Of a DNA stretch of 64,000 nt, positions 26,563-36,072 are shown one piece after another. The notes beneath the pieces are model-generated. The model was not told the origin of the DNA. It saw only the letters and a program-made list of their open reading frames with translations, and did no database searches. The stretch covers positions 72,235-136,234 of the forward strand of contig DASCQC010000017.1 of assembly GCA_036012865.1 (NCBI GenBank), written 5' to 3'. This stretch comes from Gammaproteobacteria bacterium. Its GTDB lineage: Bacteria; Pseudomonadota; Gammaproteobacteria; Comchoanobacterales; Comchoanobacteraceae. A program made the position numbers and the translations under genes. Position 1 is the stretch's first letter. Each line of letters starts with the position of its first letter.

Positions 26563-28470
26563 CTAAACTTCAGTTAATAGCTCATTAATCGTAGCAATAA
26601 ATGCTGCTGGGTCATCAAGCTTACCTGAATCTATCAGCATGGCTTGCGACAACAGCATATTAGAATATTTCTGAAAACGATCATCATCCATGGACTCAAT
26701 ACGCTTGACCAAAGGATGCTCTGCATTGACTTCAAAGATTGGCTGTTGATTAGGAAGAACTTGACCGGCTTCTTGTAAAACACGTCGCAAGTTATTGCTC
26801 ATATCATTATCATCAGCAACCACGCAACACGGAGATGAAATCAAGCGCTTCGTTGTTCTTACGGATTTTACTTTGTCTCCAAACAGTGTTTTCATGCGTT
26901 CACAGAGAGATTTTTCTGCCTCTGTCATTTCTGGCTCTTTAGGCTCTTCTTTAGCCTCTTCCTTACCCTCTTCTTGGGCAGGTTTGTCTAAATCAAGTTC
27001 CCCTTTAGTAATATTTTGAAACTTTTTACCAGCATATTCAGTTAAGCGAGACATTAACCATTCATCAACGCGGTCACTCATTAACAATACTTCATAGCCT
27101 TTTTGTTTAAACACTTCCAAGGCTGGATGAGATGATGCGGCTTGATAAGAATCTGCAATGATGTAATAAATCTTATCTTGATCTTTTTTCATACGATCAG
27201 CATAGTCTTTCAGTGCAACTGATGGCTTAGAATCTGACTGATGAGTACTTGCAAACCTGAGTAATTCATAAATCCGATCAACATTTTCAAAGTCTTCACT
27301 TGGCCCTTCTTTGATGACATTACCAAACTGTTCGTAAAAAGAAGCATAGTCCTCAGTATTGTTTTTAGCCATGTCTTCAAGCATTTTCAAACCACGGCTG
27401 GTACAACTTGCTTTAATGCTCTTAGTGACTTCATTGGTTTGTAAGATTTCACGTGAAACATTTAGCGGTAAATCTGCTGAATCAACAACCCCTTTCATGA
27501 ACCTTAAATAACCAGGTAGGAAAGCATCTGCTTCATCCATGATGAAGACTCTTTGAACAAAAAGCTTAAGCCCGCCTTTATGCTCTCGATAAAACAAGTC
27601 CATCGGCGCTCGCTTAGGCATGTACAGCAAGGTTGTGTACATGTACTTTCCTTCCACTTGATTATGAGACCAACTTAAAGGCTCTTCGAAATCATGAGAA
27701 ATATGTTTGTAAAACTCTTGATATTGCTCTTTGGCAATATCTTTTTTAGGCAAGGTCCAAAGTGCTTTAGCCTGATTGATCACCTCATCTTTAATCTCTG
27801 TTTCTTTTTTCTCTTCATCTTTGACTTCAACCCTTAGAGAAACAGGGTAACCAATATGATCTGAGTAAGTACTAATAATTTTACGTAATTTCCAATCTTC
27901 AAGATAGCTTTGATGCTCTTCTTTAAGCTTCAAGATAATGGAGGTTCCTCGTTGATCTAATTCACACTCTTCAATCGAGTATTCACCATCGCCTGTTGAT
28001 GTCCATTTAACGCCTTTATCAGCATCAGAATCAACTTTTCGAGTTAACACCGTTACACTTTCAGCCACAACGAAACACGAATAAAAGCCCACACCAAATT
28101 GACCAATAAGATCATGCTTGGTGTCATCCTTTGCCTTAGCTAATTGATCGATAAATGCACGAGTTCCTGACCGTGCAATCACACCAAGGTTATTTTCAGC
28201 ATCTTCGCTGGTCATACCAATACCGTTATCTTTAATGGTCAGTGTTTTATGATCTTTATCGGCCTCAATATGAACGCCTAATTCATTATCATCACTTAAA
28301 ACGTCTGACTCTAACGAAAGAAATTTTAACTTATCCAAGGCATCCGAACTATTAGAAATTAATTCCCTCAAAAAAACGTCGGGGTTTGAATACATCGAGT
28401 GGGCAAGTAAATGTAATAGCTGCTTAACCTCAGCTTTAAATGCTTTTTTAGTAGTCTGTGTACTAGGCAT
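26563..28470 (-). CDS. htpG: molecular chaperone HtpG (Hsp90)
   Basis: ELISNSSDALDK, IGQFGVGFYS, LNVSREILQ. 635 aa. Confidence 0.97.
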   Translation of the reverse strand: MPSTQTTKKAFKAEVKQLLHLLAHSMYSNPDVFLRELISNSSDALDKLKFLSLESDVLSDDNELGVHIEADKDHKTLTIKDNGIGMTSEDAENNLGVIARSGTRAFIDQLAKAKDDTKHDLIGQFGVGFYSCFVVAESVTVLTRKVDSDADKGVKWTSTGDGEYSIEECELDQRGTSIILKLKEEHQSYLEDWKLRKIISTYSDHIGYPVSLRVEVKDEEKKETEIKDEVINQAKALWTLPKKDIAKEQYQEFYKHISHDFEEPLSWSHNQVEGKYMYTTLLYMPKRAPMDLFYREHKGGLKLFVQRVFIMDEADAFLPGYLRFMKGVVDSADLPLNVSREILQTNEVTKSIKASCTSRGLKMLEDMAKNNTEDYASFYEQFGNVIKEGPSEDFENVDRIYELLRFASTHQSDSKPSVALKDYADRMKKDQDKIYYIIADSYQAASSHPALEVFKQKGYEVLLMSDRVDEWLMSRLTEYAGKKFQNITKGELDLDKPAQEEGKEEAKEEPKEPEMTEAEKSLCERMKTLFGDKVKSVRTTKRLISSPCCVVADDNDMSNNLRRVLQEAGQVLPNQQPIFEVNAEHPLVKRIESMDDDRFQKYSNMLLSQAMLIDSGKLDDPAAFIATINELLTEV

Positions 28471-28506
28471 GGTTTAAACCTCTCAATTAAAAACTCTATA
28501 AGACAT

Positions 28507-28534
28507 ATATAGGGATGAATTTCATAATTTCAAG
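28507..28534 (-). promoter_or_regulatory. sigma-32 (RpoH)-type heat-shock promoter of htpG
   Basis: Minus strand reads CTTGAAA, a 13-nt spacer, then CCCTATAT. This matches the CTTGAAA / CCCCATNT consensus and lies ~40 nt upstream of the htpG ATG. Confidence 0.6.
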
Positions 28535-28613
28535 GACTAAGAAAATACTTTTATCCAATTTGAATTAGCTTGTTGGAGAAAATGTCATGACCCATGACAC
28601 AAAAGGGAGGGAA

Positions 28614-29513
28614 TCATAGTAATGACAGGCTTTCTCTGTCGTAGCGATCATTGTCCTCAAGGACCCCTGTTAGGACGTCCATCACAAGTTTTTTATCTTG
28701 GGGTAAAAGTGAGTAATTGTTTGTTTTCAGTTGATTCAAAAGAGTGGTAATGGGCTCGATAAGTGGGTTTCTTTTATCATCACTTTCTTTGGCTATTTCT
28801 TCTATTTTTTCCAGATGTTCAAACTTAGCTTTTTCACCTACCAATAGGTGCATTTCTTCAATTAATGTTTGCATCTTTTTGATATTTTCACCTTGTTTTG
28901 TCGTGTGCTCCTTTAATTTATTTTTAATGGCTTCAGAGTCACCCAAATTAGCCATAAACATAGCATTCATCTCTTGATAAGACTTCAATGCTGCTTGCTG
29001 AGCCTTTAATGATTTCTGCATGCTTATATTGTTCTTCTCAAAAAAAGCAGTTTGTTTTTCCAATTTAATGTTGTGTGCCTGGTATTTAAGATTCTGAGAA
29101 CTGAGAGCTTTGACCTCTTGTTGGGTGTCTTTTAGGGTATCTTCCATTTTGGTTAGGTTATGTTGTGCTGCATCTAAGACCTGTTCTGATTTTCTTGCTA
29201 CCTCATCTAACTCTGAAGAGGCTGCATTGACTATGGCTTGGTACAAAGATAGCATAGCCCCACAAACCAAGAAAACCATTCCACAGGTGTAAAATGCTCC
29301 GTAGACTTGTAAAACGGGACCGAAATAAATGCAAACACCCGCACCAACAACAAATAAAATGCCGTAAAAAAGTGACAACCCCCAACCAATTAACTTATTT
29401 TTAAAGAGGGTGTGAAAGCAATCTAGAAACCATTGATGGACCCAATGAACGTCAGCGGGATTCGCATCATTCTTCAATGCTGCGCTTGTTATGTTTACTG
29501 CTGTGCTCTCCAC
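28614..29513 (-). CDS. Inc-like membrane protein: N-terminal bilobed hydrophobic domain plus a ~200-aa coiled coil
   Basis: GTG start. Hydrophobic pair LIGWGLSLFYGILFVVGAGVCIYFG / YGAFYTCGMVFLVCGAMLSLY, followed by heptad-rich sequence (..LTKMEDTLKDTQQEVKALSSQNLKYQAHNIKLEKQ..). Confidence 0.6.
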   Translation of the reverse strand: MESTAVNITSAALKNDANPADVHWVHQWFLDCFHTLFKNKLIGWGLSLFYGILFVVGAGVCIYFGPVLQVYGAFYTCGMVFLVCGAMLSLYQAIVNAASSELDEVARKSEQVLDAAQHNLTKMEDTLKDTQQEVKALSSQNLKYQAHNIKLEKQTAFFEKNNISMQKSLKAQQAALKSYQEMNAMFMANLGDSEAIKNKLKEHTTKQGENIKKMQTLIEEMHLLVGEKAKFEHLEKIEEIAKESDDKRNPLIEPITTLLNQLKTNNYSLLPQDKKLVMDVLTGVLEDNDRYDRESLSLL

Positions 29514-29685
29514 GACAAACCCCGTATCCTCAACCTAATATTACTCTTTATGGTGATTGATTGTCAATGTTGAAAGGGCCTAAAAACAGCTAACTTATTG
29601 CAAGTTATCAGCCAAACCCATGATGATATTGCTTGACCATCACCAGAGGCTTGAAGCAATACCTTGGCTGCTATTCAGGATCAAA

Positions 29686-30366
29686 TTAAAACAAATAACC
29701 CATTGTCAACCCAGCAACATTCGCAGACTCTTTGACTTTTAATTTGATTGAGTTAACCCCATTATTACCATATTTGACCTCCCACGAAGGTTCAGATGAC
29801 CTGCGAGAGACTTTAATTTCCCAGAACCAGTTTCGGGTAATTGCAGATCTAAAACCTCCAAAAAACTGGACTAAACTTGTCGTTGACGTATCATCAACAT
29901 GTGCGTTGTCAGTCTCTGCCCCCACCGTTGCAAATCTTAATTTGGTATAACCAATCCCGTAACCAGCACCTAAAAAGGGTTTGGCCCCCCTCGCCGGCAC
30001 CACGTAAAAAATATTTCCAAAAGCAGCATTTAAATTCATAAACTGCTTGCTTCCAGTTAACGCAAACGTTGCGTCTGGGGTTGTTGATTTCTTGTAATTA
30101 TAAGATGCGTTTGAAAAAACATGCTGCGCACTAAAACCAAAACCGTTAGAACGAATAGCACCGAACACAAGATCAGTGATGGGAGCCCCCTTGAATCGCA
30201 TATGAATGTCTTCATCCACACCATCATTATCAACATCTTTTAAGTAAAAGTCTCCAAAAGAGTTCCAACCTGCTCCCAAGGTCAAAAAGGTTCTAACTTT
30301 TTTCCCAGCCATCGCGCTAGGTAATGCCAACACCAGTGAAAGTCCTAAGGCCCATCCAAATCTCAT
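29686..30366 (-). CDS. small outer-membrane beta-barrel protein (OmpW/opacity-like)
   Basis: Start trimmed to MRFGWALGLSLVLALPSAMA at 30366 (AGGA 7 nt upstream). Alternating hydrophobic strands and a terminal ..GLTMGYLF. Confidence 0.7.
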   Translation of the reverse strand: MRFGWALGLSLVLALPSAMAGKKVRTFLTLGAGWNSFGDFYLKDVDNDGVDEDIHMRFKGAPITDLVFGAIRSNGFGFSAQHVFSNASYNYKKSTTPDATFALTGSKQFMNLNAAFGNIFYVVPARGAKPFLGAGYGIGYTKLRFATVGAETDNAHVDDTSTTSLVQFFGGFRSAITRNWFWEIKVSRRSSEPSWEVKYGNNGVNSIKLKVKESANVAGLTMGYLF

Positions 30367-30559
30367 TCGTAATTCCTGTTTACAACCCCTAGCATTATAA
30401 CACATCCACCTTAATCGTAAAGCTCCCATATGATTAACATTTAATGCAGCAACCCATCATGAGGTAAAAAACAAGCCCCGGTCAACAGCGCAAAAGCCCC
30501 CTACCCTTTATTGTATCGCAATCAAAGTCGATGATTAGACCCATACTTACCGAACCCGG

Positions 30560-31462
30560 TCAGACATCATCCATAGCATCTTTATCAACATCTGAAAGAG
30601 CGACCATTCGTCGTAAATGCTTAACGGCTCTAATTTGAATCTGTCGAACACGCTCTCGGGTTACACCTAGCTCTTCAGATGTTTTTTCTAAAGTCAGTTC
30701 ATCATGGCCCTGTAAACCATACCGACGAACCACAACATGCTGCTCTAACTCGTCAAGTTTACTTAACCATTTATCAATCTGGCCCCCCATATCTTCTTGA
30801 CTAATAATCGATAAAGGGTTTTGCTCTTTTCCTGATACGGTATCAGAAACAACAACACCCGAATCATCGAACACAGTTTCATCCAAAGACGTTGTGTCAT
30901 GGCGCAAACCCATTATTTTTCTTACCTCATCCAAAGGCTTATCTAATTTTTCAGCTAACTCCTCCGCTGATATAGATGTTGTTTCTTGATCTGAAGCCAG
31001 TTTATAACCTGCTCTCAAATAAATATTAAGCTCTTTAATAATATGAACAGGTAATCGAATCGTTCGACTTTGATTCATAATTGCCCGTTCAATGGACTGC
31101 CTTACCCACCAAGTGGCATAAGTAGAAAACCTAAACCCTCGACTGCTATCAAATTTATCCAAAGCAATCATTAAGCCTAAATTACCTTCTTCAATAATAT
31201 CTAAAAAACACAACCCTCTATTACAATATCGTCGAGCAATCTTAACAACTAAACGAAGGTTAGCCTCAATCATTGATTGATAGGCTTTCCGGTCTCCCTC
31301 TGCTATTTTCTTACATAACGCTTGTTCTTCTCCAAAACTTAAGATCTGATTATACCCAATTTCAGACAAGTACATCTGCGTAGGATCAAACTTGCTAGAA
31401 GAACCTCGCACTGTCGAACCGGTATACTTTAATTCCTTTTCCTTTTTAGACATCCTCTCCAT
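30560..31462 (-). CDS. rpoS: RNA polymerase sigma factor RpoS
   Basis: 300 aa. EANLRLVVKIARRY, FRFSTYATWWVRQSIERA, TIRLPVHIIKELNIYLR, ELGVTRERVRQIQ. Size and the region 2/3 linker fit sigma-38 rather than RpoD or RpoH. Confidence 0.88.
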   Translation of the reverse strand: MERMSKKEKELKYTGSTVRGSSSKFDPTQMYLSEIGYNQILSFGEEQALCKKIAEGDRKAYQSMIEANLRLVVKIARRYCNRGLCFLDIIEEGNLGLMIALDKFDSSRGFRFSTYATWWVRQSIERAIMNQSRTIRLPVHIIKELNIYLRAGYKLASDQETTSISAEELAEKLDKPLDEVRKIMGLRHDTTSLDETVFDDSGVVVSDTVSGKEQNPLSIISQEDMGGQIDKWLSKLDELEQHVVVRRYGLQGHDELTLEKTSEELGVTRERVRQIQIRAVKHLRRMVALSDVDKDAMDDV

Positions 31463-31480
31463 CAGCTATAACTGGCCTCT

Positions 31481-32773
31481 TTAAGTTACTTGATCTTTCG
31501 GCACTTCGCAAGGCTTCAATGTAACTCTACACACATTAACACCCAAACGGGATAATTTTTCTTCTATAAATGCGTACCCCCTGTCAATGTGGAAAATAGA
31601 TTCAATCGAGGTCTCTCCTTCCGAAACCAAGCCAGCCAGAACTAAACTGGCTGATGCCCTTAAATCTGTTGCCTTCATGGGTGCTGCTGACAGCCTCTTC
31701 CGACCTTTCGATATAACTCTAGAACCGTGAACCTCTAAATCCGCACCTAAACGCTTGAGTTCATGAACATGCATGAATCGATTCTCAAAAACCGTCTCTT
31801 TTACGACAGCGCTTCCTTCAGCCACCGCATTCAAAGCAACCCATTGTGCCTGAACATCTGTTGCAAAATCTGGGTAGACACCGGTAGTAACATCAACAGC
31901 TTTGGGCCTTCTTTTCATCTCTAAAGTAATCCAATCCTTGCCTTGTTGAATATCAGCACCAGCCTCTAAAAGCTTATCGATAACAATTTCTAAATGCTCA
32001 GGAGCAACTTTCTCAAGCTTTATTTTTCCTTGTGTCATAGCAGCTGCTATTAGAAATGTTGCAGCTTCAATTCTATCTGGAATAATTTGATAATATCCAC
32101 CCAGTAATTCTTCAACTCCCTCAATCATTAATGTTGCCGTGCCCTCACCAGATATCTTGGCGCCCATCATGTTTAAACACCTAATTAAGTCAACGACTTC
32201 AGGCTCTTTGGCAACATTACGTAAAATAGTTGTGCCTCGCGCCAACACGGCCGCCATAATCACATTTTCTGAACCCGTTACAGTCACAACATCGAAAGTG
32301 ATATCCGCCCCCGTTAACCCCTCTGGTGCTCTTAAATTAACGTACCCATCAGAGATATCAATCAACACCCCCATTTGCTCTAACGCCTTAAAATGTAAAT
32401 CTACCGGCCTGGAACCAATAGCACACCCTCCTGGCAATGAGATCTGAGCTTGACCATATCGCGCTAGCATAGGCCCCATCACTAAGATAGATGCGCGCAT
32501 GGTTTTCATTAAATCATAAGGAACTTTATATTGAGAGATATTACTTGAGTCTACTTCTAAATGCATATCCTCATCAATCGTGAACTTGACTCCTAAATAC
32601 CCTAATAATTCTAACATGGAAGTAACATCTTTAAGGTGAGGAATATTAGATAAAACCAACGGCTGACTCGCCAATATACTTGCGGCAAGTAATGGCAAAG
32701 CCGCGTTTTTAGAGCCATCAATAGAAACTACCCCATTAAGTCGAACCGGCCCCTTAATTAGCAATCTTTCCAT
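31481..32773 (-). CDS. murA: UDP-N-acetylglucosamine 1-carboxyvinyltransferase
   Basis: LLIKGPVRLNGVVSIDGSKNAALPLLAA and the active-site PGGCAIGSRPVDLH. Confidence 0.96.
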   Translation of the reverse strand: MERLLIKGPVRLNGVVSIDGSKNAALPLLAASILASQPLVLSNIPHLKDVTSMLELLGYLGVKFTIDEDMHLEVDSSNISQYKVPYDLMKTMRASILVMGPMLARYGQAQISLPGGCAIGSRPVDLHFKALEQMGVLIDISDGYVNLRAPEGLTGADITFDVVTVTGSENVIMAAVLARGTTILRNVAKEPEVVDLIRCLNMMGAKISGEGTATLMIEGVEELLGGYYQIIPDRIEAATFLIAAAMTQGKIKLEKVAPEHLEIVIDKLLEAGADIQQGKDWITLEMKRRPKAVDVTTGVYPDFATDVQAQWVALNAVAEGSAVVKETVFENRFMHVHELKRLGADLEVHGSRVISKGRKRLSAAPMKATDLRASASLVLAGLVSEGETSIESIFHIDRGYAFIEEKLSRLGVNVCRVTLKPCEVPKDQVT

Positions 32774-32813
32774 TATTCTTCACCCCAGATAATTCATTGT
32801 TCAAAAGTTAAAA

Positions 32814-33083
32814 CTACGCGTTTGAGGGTAAGTCTATCATAACCTCGGGCAAATAAAGAACATTTAAACACTTATTTTGACGTCTAGCCCTTTCCTTCCA
32901 TACTTTTAACATAGAAAAGGTAGCCAATGAGGTCGTCTCCAATCCCCGAGCATCTACCACCAACGGACCCTTCTTAAGCAAAAATATGAATTTTTTATCC
33001 ACCCGATCAATATCCGCCAAAGTAAGGAATTTTGGAAGAATTAAAACCGTTTTAGAATTTTTTAAATTCACCCAACATTCCAA
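32814..33083 (-). CDS. mlaB: STAS-domain protein MlaB
   Basis: 89 aa. Last gene of the mlaFEDC cluster, with STAS-like pattern (..LVVDARGLETTSLATFSMLKVW..). TTG start overlaps the mlaC end. Confidence 0.55.
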   Translation of the reverse strand: MECWVNLKNSKTVLILPKFLTLADIDRVDKKFIFLLKKGPLVVDARGLETTSLATFSMLKVWKERARRQNKCLNVLYLPEVMIDLPSNA

Positions 33084-34014
33084 CTAAACCATGCTTATTA
33101 ATCAACGCTCTTATCTGTGATTTATAATTTCTAATAATACTAACACCATCAACCGTGACATCAAAAACCTGCCATTGACCGTTCTCTGGGTTACAGTGTA
33201 AATCATAATTTAACTTTAGCCAGCGATTTTTCACTTTTAACTTACCACCTATATCAACCAAACTCTTTGAAACAATGTCAACTTTTCTCTTTGAAAGAAC
33301 AATCCTCGTTGATTTTGACACCATACCTAATGCATCAGCATACTGATCGATCACTCTTTCTATTAACATATTTTCAAAATCCTCAAGTTTATTTATTTTT
33401 TTCAACTGCTCATCGTAATTATTTAGCACCATTTTTGCAGCATATTTTTTATCAAAATACGGGGAAATTTCTTTTATAATAACTTCTCTTCTATCCTTAC
33501 CTTTAGCCCTTGCCAACTCCTTTAAGAGTAGGTCACTGATCTTGCTGGATATCGTGAATATTTTATTTTTGTTAGTTGTGCAAGTTTTGGGTTTTGGCTT
33601 CACAACCACCTTAACTACTGGACTCTCTTCTGGGGGCTTAATTATTTCTAAAATCTCTGGGGCATTCATGTTAGAATTACCCAATGAGTCTGCCTTCTTA
33701 GTCACCGATTCCTTGGGTGGGTCAAGCACCTCTACCTTCTTAGTCACCGATTCCTTGGGTGGGTCAAGCACTTCTACCTTCTTAGTCACCGATTCCTTGG
33801 GTGGGTCAAGCACCTCTACCTTCTTAGTCACCGATTCCTTGGGTGGGTCAAGCACCTCTACCTTCTTAGTCACCGATTCCTTGGGTGGATCAAGCACTTC
33901 TACCTGAGAAATTTTAGTGACTGACGATCTCAAGTAATCCATCGCCATCACATCACTTTGAAGAAGAACAAAGCTTGATAAAAACAAACAATTAATCAGT
34001 ATTTTTTTTCTCAT
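33052..34014 (-). CDS. mlaC: phospholipid-binding periplasmic protein MlaC with an N-terminal 5 x 14-aa repeat insertion
   Basis: Signal peptide. (K)VEVLDPPKESVTK repeated 5 times. C-terminal MlaC core YFDKKYAAKMVL..WQVFDVTVDGVSIIRNYKSQ. Confidence 0.8.
   Translation of the reverse strand: MRKKILINCLFLSSFVLLQSDVMAMDYLRSSVTKISQVEVLDPPKESVTKKVEVLDPPKESVTKKVEVLDPPKESVTKKVEVLDPPKESVTKKVEVLDPPKESVTKKADSLGNSNMNAPEILEIIKPPEESPVVKVVVKPKPKTCTTNKNKIFTISSKISDLLLKELARAKGKDRREVIIKEISPYFDKKYAAKMVLNNYDEQLKKINKLEDFENMLIERVIDQYADALGMVSKSTRIVLSKRKVDIVSKSLVDIGGKLKVKNRWLKLNYDLHCNPENGQWQVFDVTVDGVSIIRNYKSQIRALINKHGLVGMLGEFKKF
33693..33905. repeat. 42-bp in-frame tandem repeat, 5 near-identical copies, inside mlaC
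   Basis: The unit ccttcttagtcaccgattccttgggtgggtcaagcacctcta is repeated head-to-tail with only C/T differences. Confidence 0.95.
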
Positions 34015-34468
34015 TACTCCCTCCCATACCTGACAAAAGCAAACCCAATATATTCTCTAAAACAATTGCAGAATGAGTATGGAGTAAACGCCCACCATCC
34101 TCTAATGCAGCCTCTTCAAATCCAGGCTCTACATTGACATATTTAGAACCCAGTAAGCCCTCTGTCATAATGCTAGCAACACTATCTTTTGGCAAACCCA
34201 AATCTGCTTTATAAAAGGACAATATCACCTGCGCTTTAAAACTGTCAGGCAACAACAGAATTCTTGTTACCTCACCTACTCGCACACCCGCAATACGAAC
34301 AGGTGAACGTTCTTTCAAGCCAGAAACATCATCAAAGTTACCATAAGCAGAATATTTAGTCTCTGACTGACCAGGCCCTGAAGTTGCCCAAAAAGCCAAA
34401 AACAATAATGAAACAAGGGCTAATAAAAAAAATAAGCCCAGACTCAAATCAATCCATCTTTTATTCAT
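33992..34468 (-). CDS. mlaD: MCE-domain protein MlaD
   Basis: Start trimmed to MNKRWIDLSLGLFFLL (ATGA overlap with the mlaE stop). MCE core SGLKERSPVRIAGVRVGEV. Confidence 0.9.
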   Translation of the reverse strand: MNKRWIDLSLGLFFLLALVSLLFLAFWATSGPGQSETKYSAYGNFDDVSGLKERSPVRIAGVRVGEVTRILLLPDSFKAQVILSFYKADLGLPKDSVASIMTEGLLGSKYVNVEPGFEEAALEDGGRLLHTHSAIVLENILGLLLSGMGGSNEKKNTD

Positions 34469-35211
34469 AGGTCCCCCTGAAGCCAAAAGGCTGTAACTAA
34501 AAAGTCACTAATTAATACCATTAAAGAAGCATACACAACTGTCTTAGTCGATGCCATGGCAACACTTTTTGGATTATGATTAACAAAGTATCCCTGATAC
34601 AGTGATATTAACATAACAATCATCGCAAAGATAAATGATTTTAACAAGCCTAATCGTAAATCTGCATAGTAAACCCCATCCGACACATTGAGCCAAAATA
34701 AGTGTCCATCGTGCCCTAAAATATTGACCATCATAAAATAGGCCCCTAAAATAGACAGGGAAGTAAAAATTAAGAACAAGGTAGGCAAACCAATCAAACC
34801 TGCCAATAATCTTGGAAACAAAACATACCTCAATGGGTCAACGGCCATCGCTTTCAGACTGATAATTTGTTCAGTAGCTTGCATCAAACCAATTTCAGCT
34901 GCAACAGAAGAAGCAAAACGACTAATGAATAATAAAGCTGTCATCACGGGCCCTAATTCTCTCATAATGGTCAGACAAACAACCTTGGAAACCCAATCCA
35001 CTGAACCAAATCTCTCTAACATAATAGCCAACTGCATCGACAGTACTAAACCAACAAATACAGCAGAAATACCAATAATTAATAAAGATAAAACACTGGC
35101 ACTCCAACACTGATCAATAATTTGTCTGTAGTCTTGCCTATTGACCGGCACAGCGCATAACACTTGAATAAAAAAACGTATCGAATGACCTAAAGATTGC
35201 ATGCTTTTCAT
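34465..35211 (-). CDS. mlaE: phospholipid ABC transporter permease MlaE
   Basis: 248-aa polytopic protein. RELGPVMTALLF and the EIGLMQATEQI motif. Confidence 0.92.
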   Translation of the reverse strand: MKSMQSLGHSIRFFIQVLCAVPVNRQDYRQIIDQCWSASVLSLLIIGISAVFVGLVLSMQLAIMLERFGSVDWVSKVVCLTIMRELGPVMTALLFISRFASSVAAEIGLMQATEQIISLKAMAVDPLRYVLFPRLLAGLIGLPTLFLIFTSLSILGAYFMMVNILGHDGHLFWLNVSDGVYYADLRLGLLKSFIFAMIVMLISLYQGYFVNHNPKSVAMASTKTVVYASLMVLISDFLVTAFWLQGDL

Positions 35212-36032
35212 TCTTGAAACCCTCGCACATCTTTTTGTAAAAACTTAGAATAATGAAAGGGCATAGGGCCATCCACGTCGCCATCAAGAAATTGCCTAAC
35301 CCAAGGGTGCGAACTCCCTTCAATGACCTCTGCAGAGCCTTTAACAATGACGACCCCATCTGCAACAAAGTAAATCATATCGGCCAACTCCAGAACCAAT
35401 TCAATATCATGTGAAACAATGACGCTGGTAACCCCTGGTAATTCATTCATTTTTCTTATTAAGTTAACAAGAACCTGAGAAGAAATAGGGTCTTGACCCA
35501 CAAAAGGTTCATCATAAATTAATATCTCAGGGTCCATCACAATGGCGCGAGACAGCGCCACTCTCCTCATCATTCCCCCTGAGAGTTCTTCTGGCATTAA
35601 GTCTGCAGCTTGCTTCAAGCCTACCGCTTCGAGCTTATTCAACACCAGCGTTTCCAAGTAATCTTCAGCCAACTGAAAATGCTGCCGCAAAGGAAAAGCC
35701 ACATTTTCAAAAACATTCAATTGATTTTGCAACCCCCCTTGTTGAAATAATATCCCCATTCGTCGACGAATTTTCATTTGGTCTGGGTAACTAAGCTTCG
35801 AAAAAACAGAACCTAAAATCTCAACAGTGCCTGAACTCGATTGCATCAATCCCGTGAGGATTTTTAAAAGGGTGGTTTTACCTGCTCCACTAGGTCCCAC
35901 AATAGCAACAATTTGACCTTTATTAATATCCATATTAATGGAACTAATAATCGTGCGCCCTTCCGAAATGAAGGAAACATCCTTTAGCCTTAATGCGAAT
36001 TGACTTCCTTGTGTTGAACTCATAGTGTGCAT
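35208..36032 (-). CDS. mlaF: phospholipid ABC transporter ATPase MlaF
   Basis: Walker A GPSGAGKTTLLK, signature LSGGMMRRVALSRA, Walker B ILIYDEP. Confidence 0.94.
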   Translation of the reverse strand: MHTMSSTQGSQFALRLKDVSFISEGRTIISSINMDINKGQIVAIVGPSGAGKTTLLKILTGLMQSSSGTVEILGSVFSKLSYPDQMKIRRRMGILFQQGGLQNQLNVFENVAFPLRQHFQLAEDYLETLVLNKLEAVGLKQAADLMPEELSGGMMRRVALSRAIVMDPEILIYDEPFVGQDPISSQVLVNLIRKMNELPGVTSVIVSHDIELVLELADMIYFVADGVVIVKGSAEVIEGSSHPWVRQFLDGDVDGPMPFHYSKFLQKDVRGFQE

Positions 36033-36072
36033 TCTTTTCTACTCTCTGGTATGATAACCAAACCAGAACCTA

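Noticed and set aside
33542..33907. 121-aa antisense ORF across mlaC.
   Set aside because: It is produced by the 42-bp repeat array reading open on the opposite strand. Its product is just the repeat unit reiterated.
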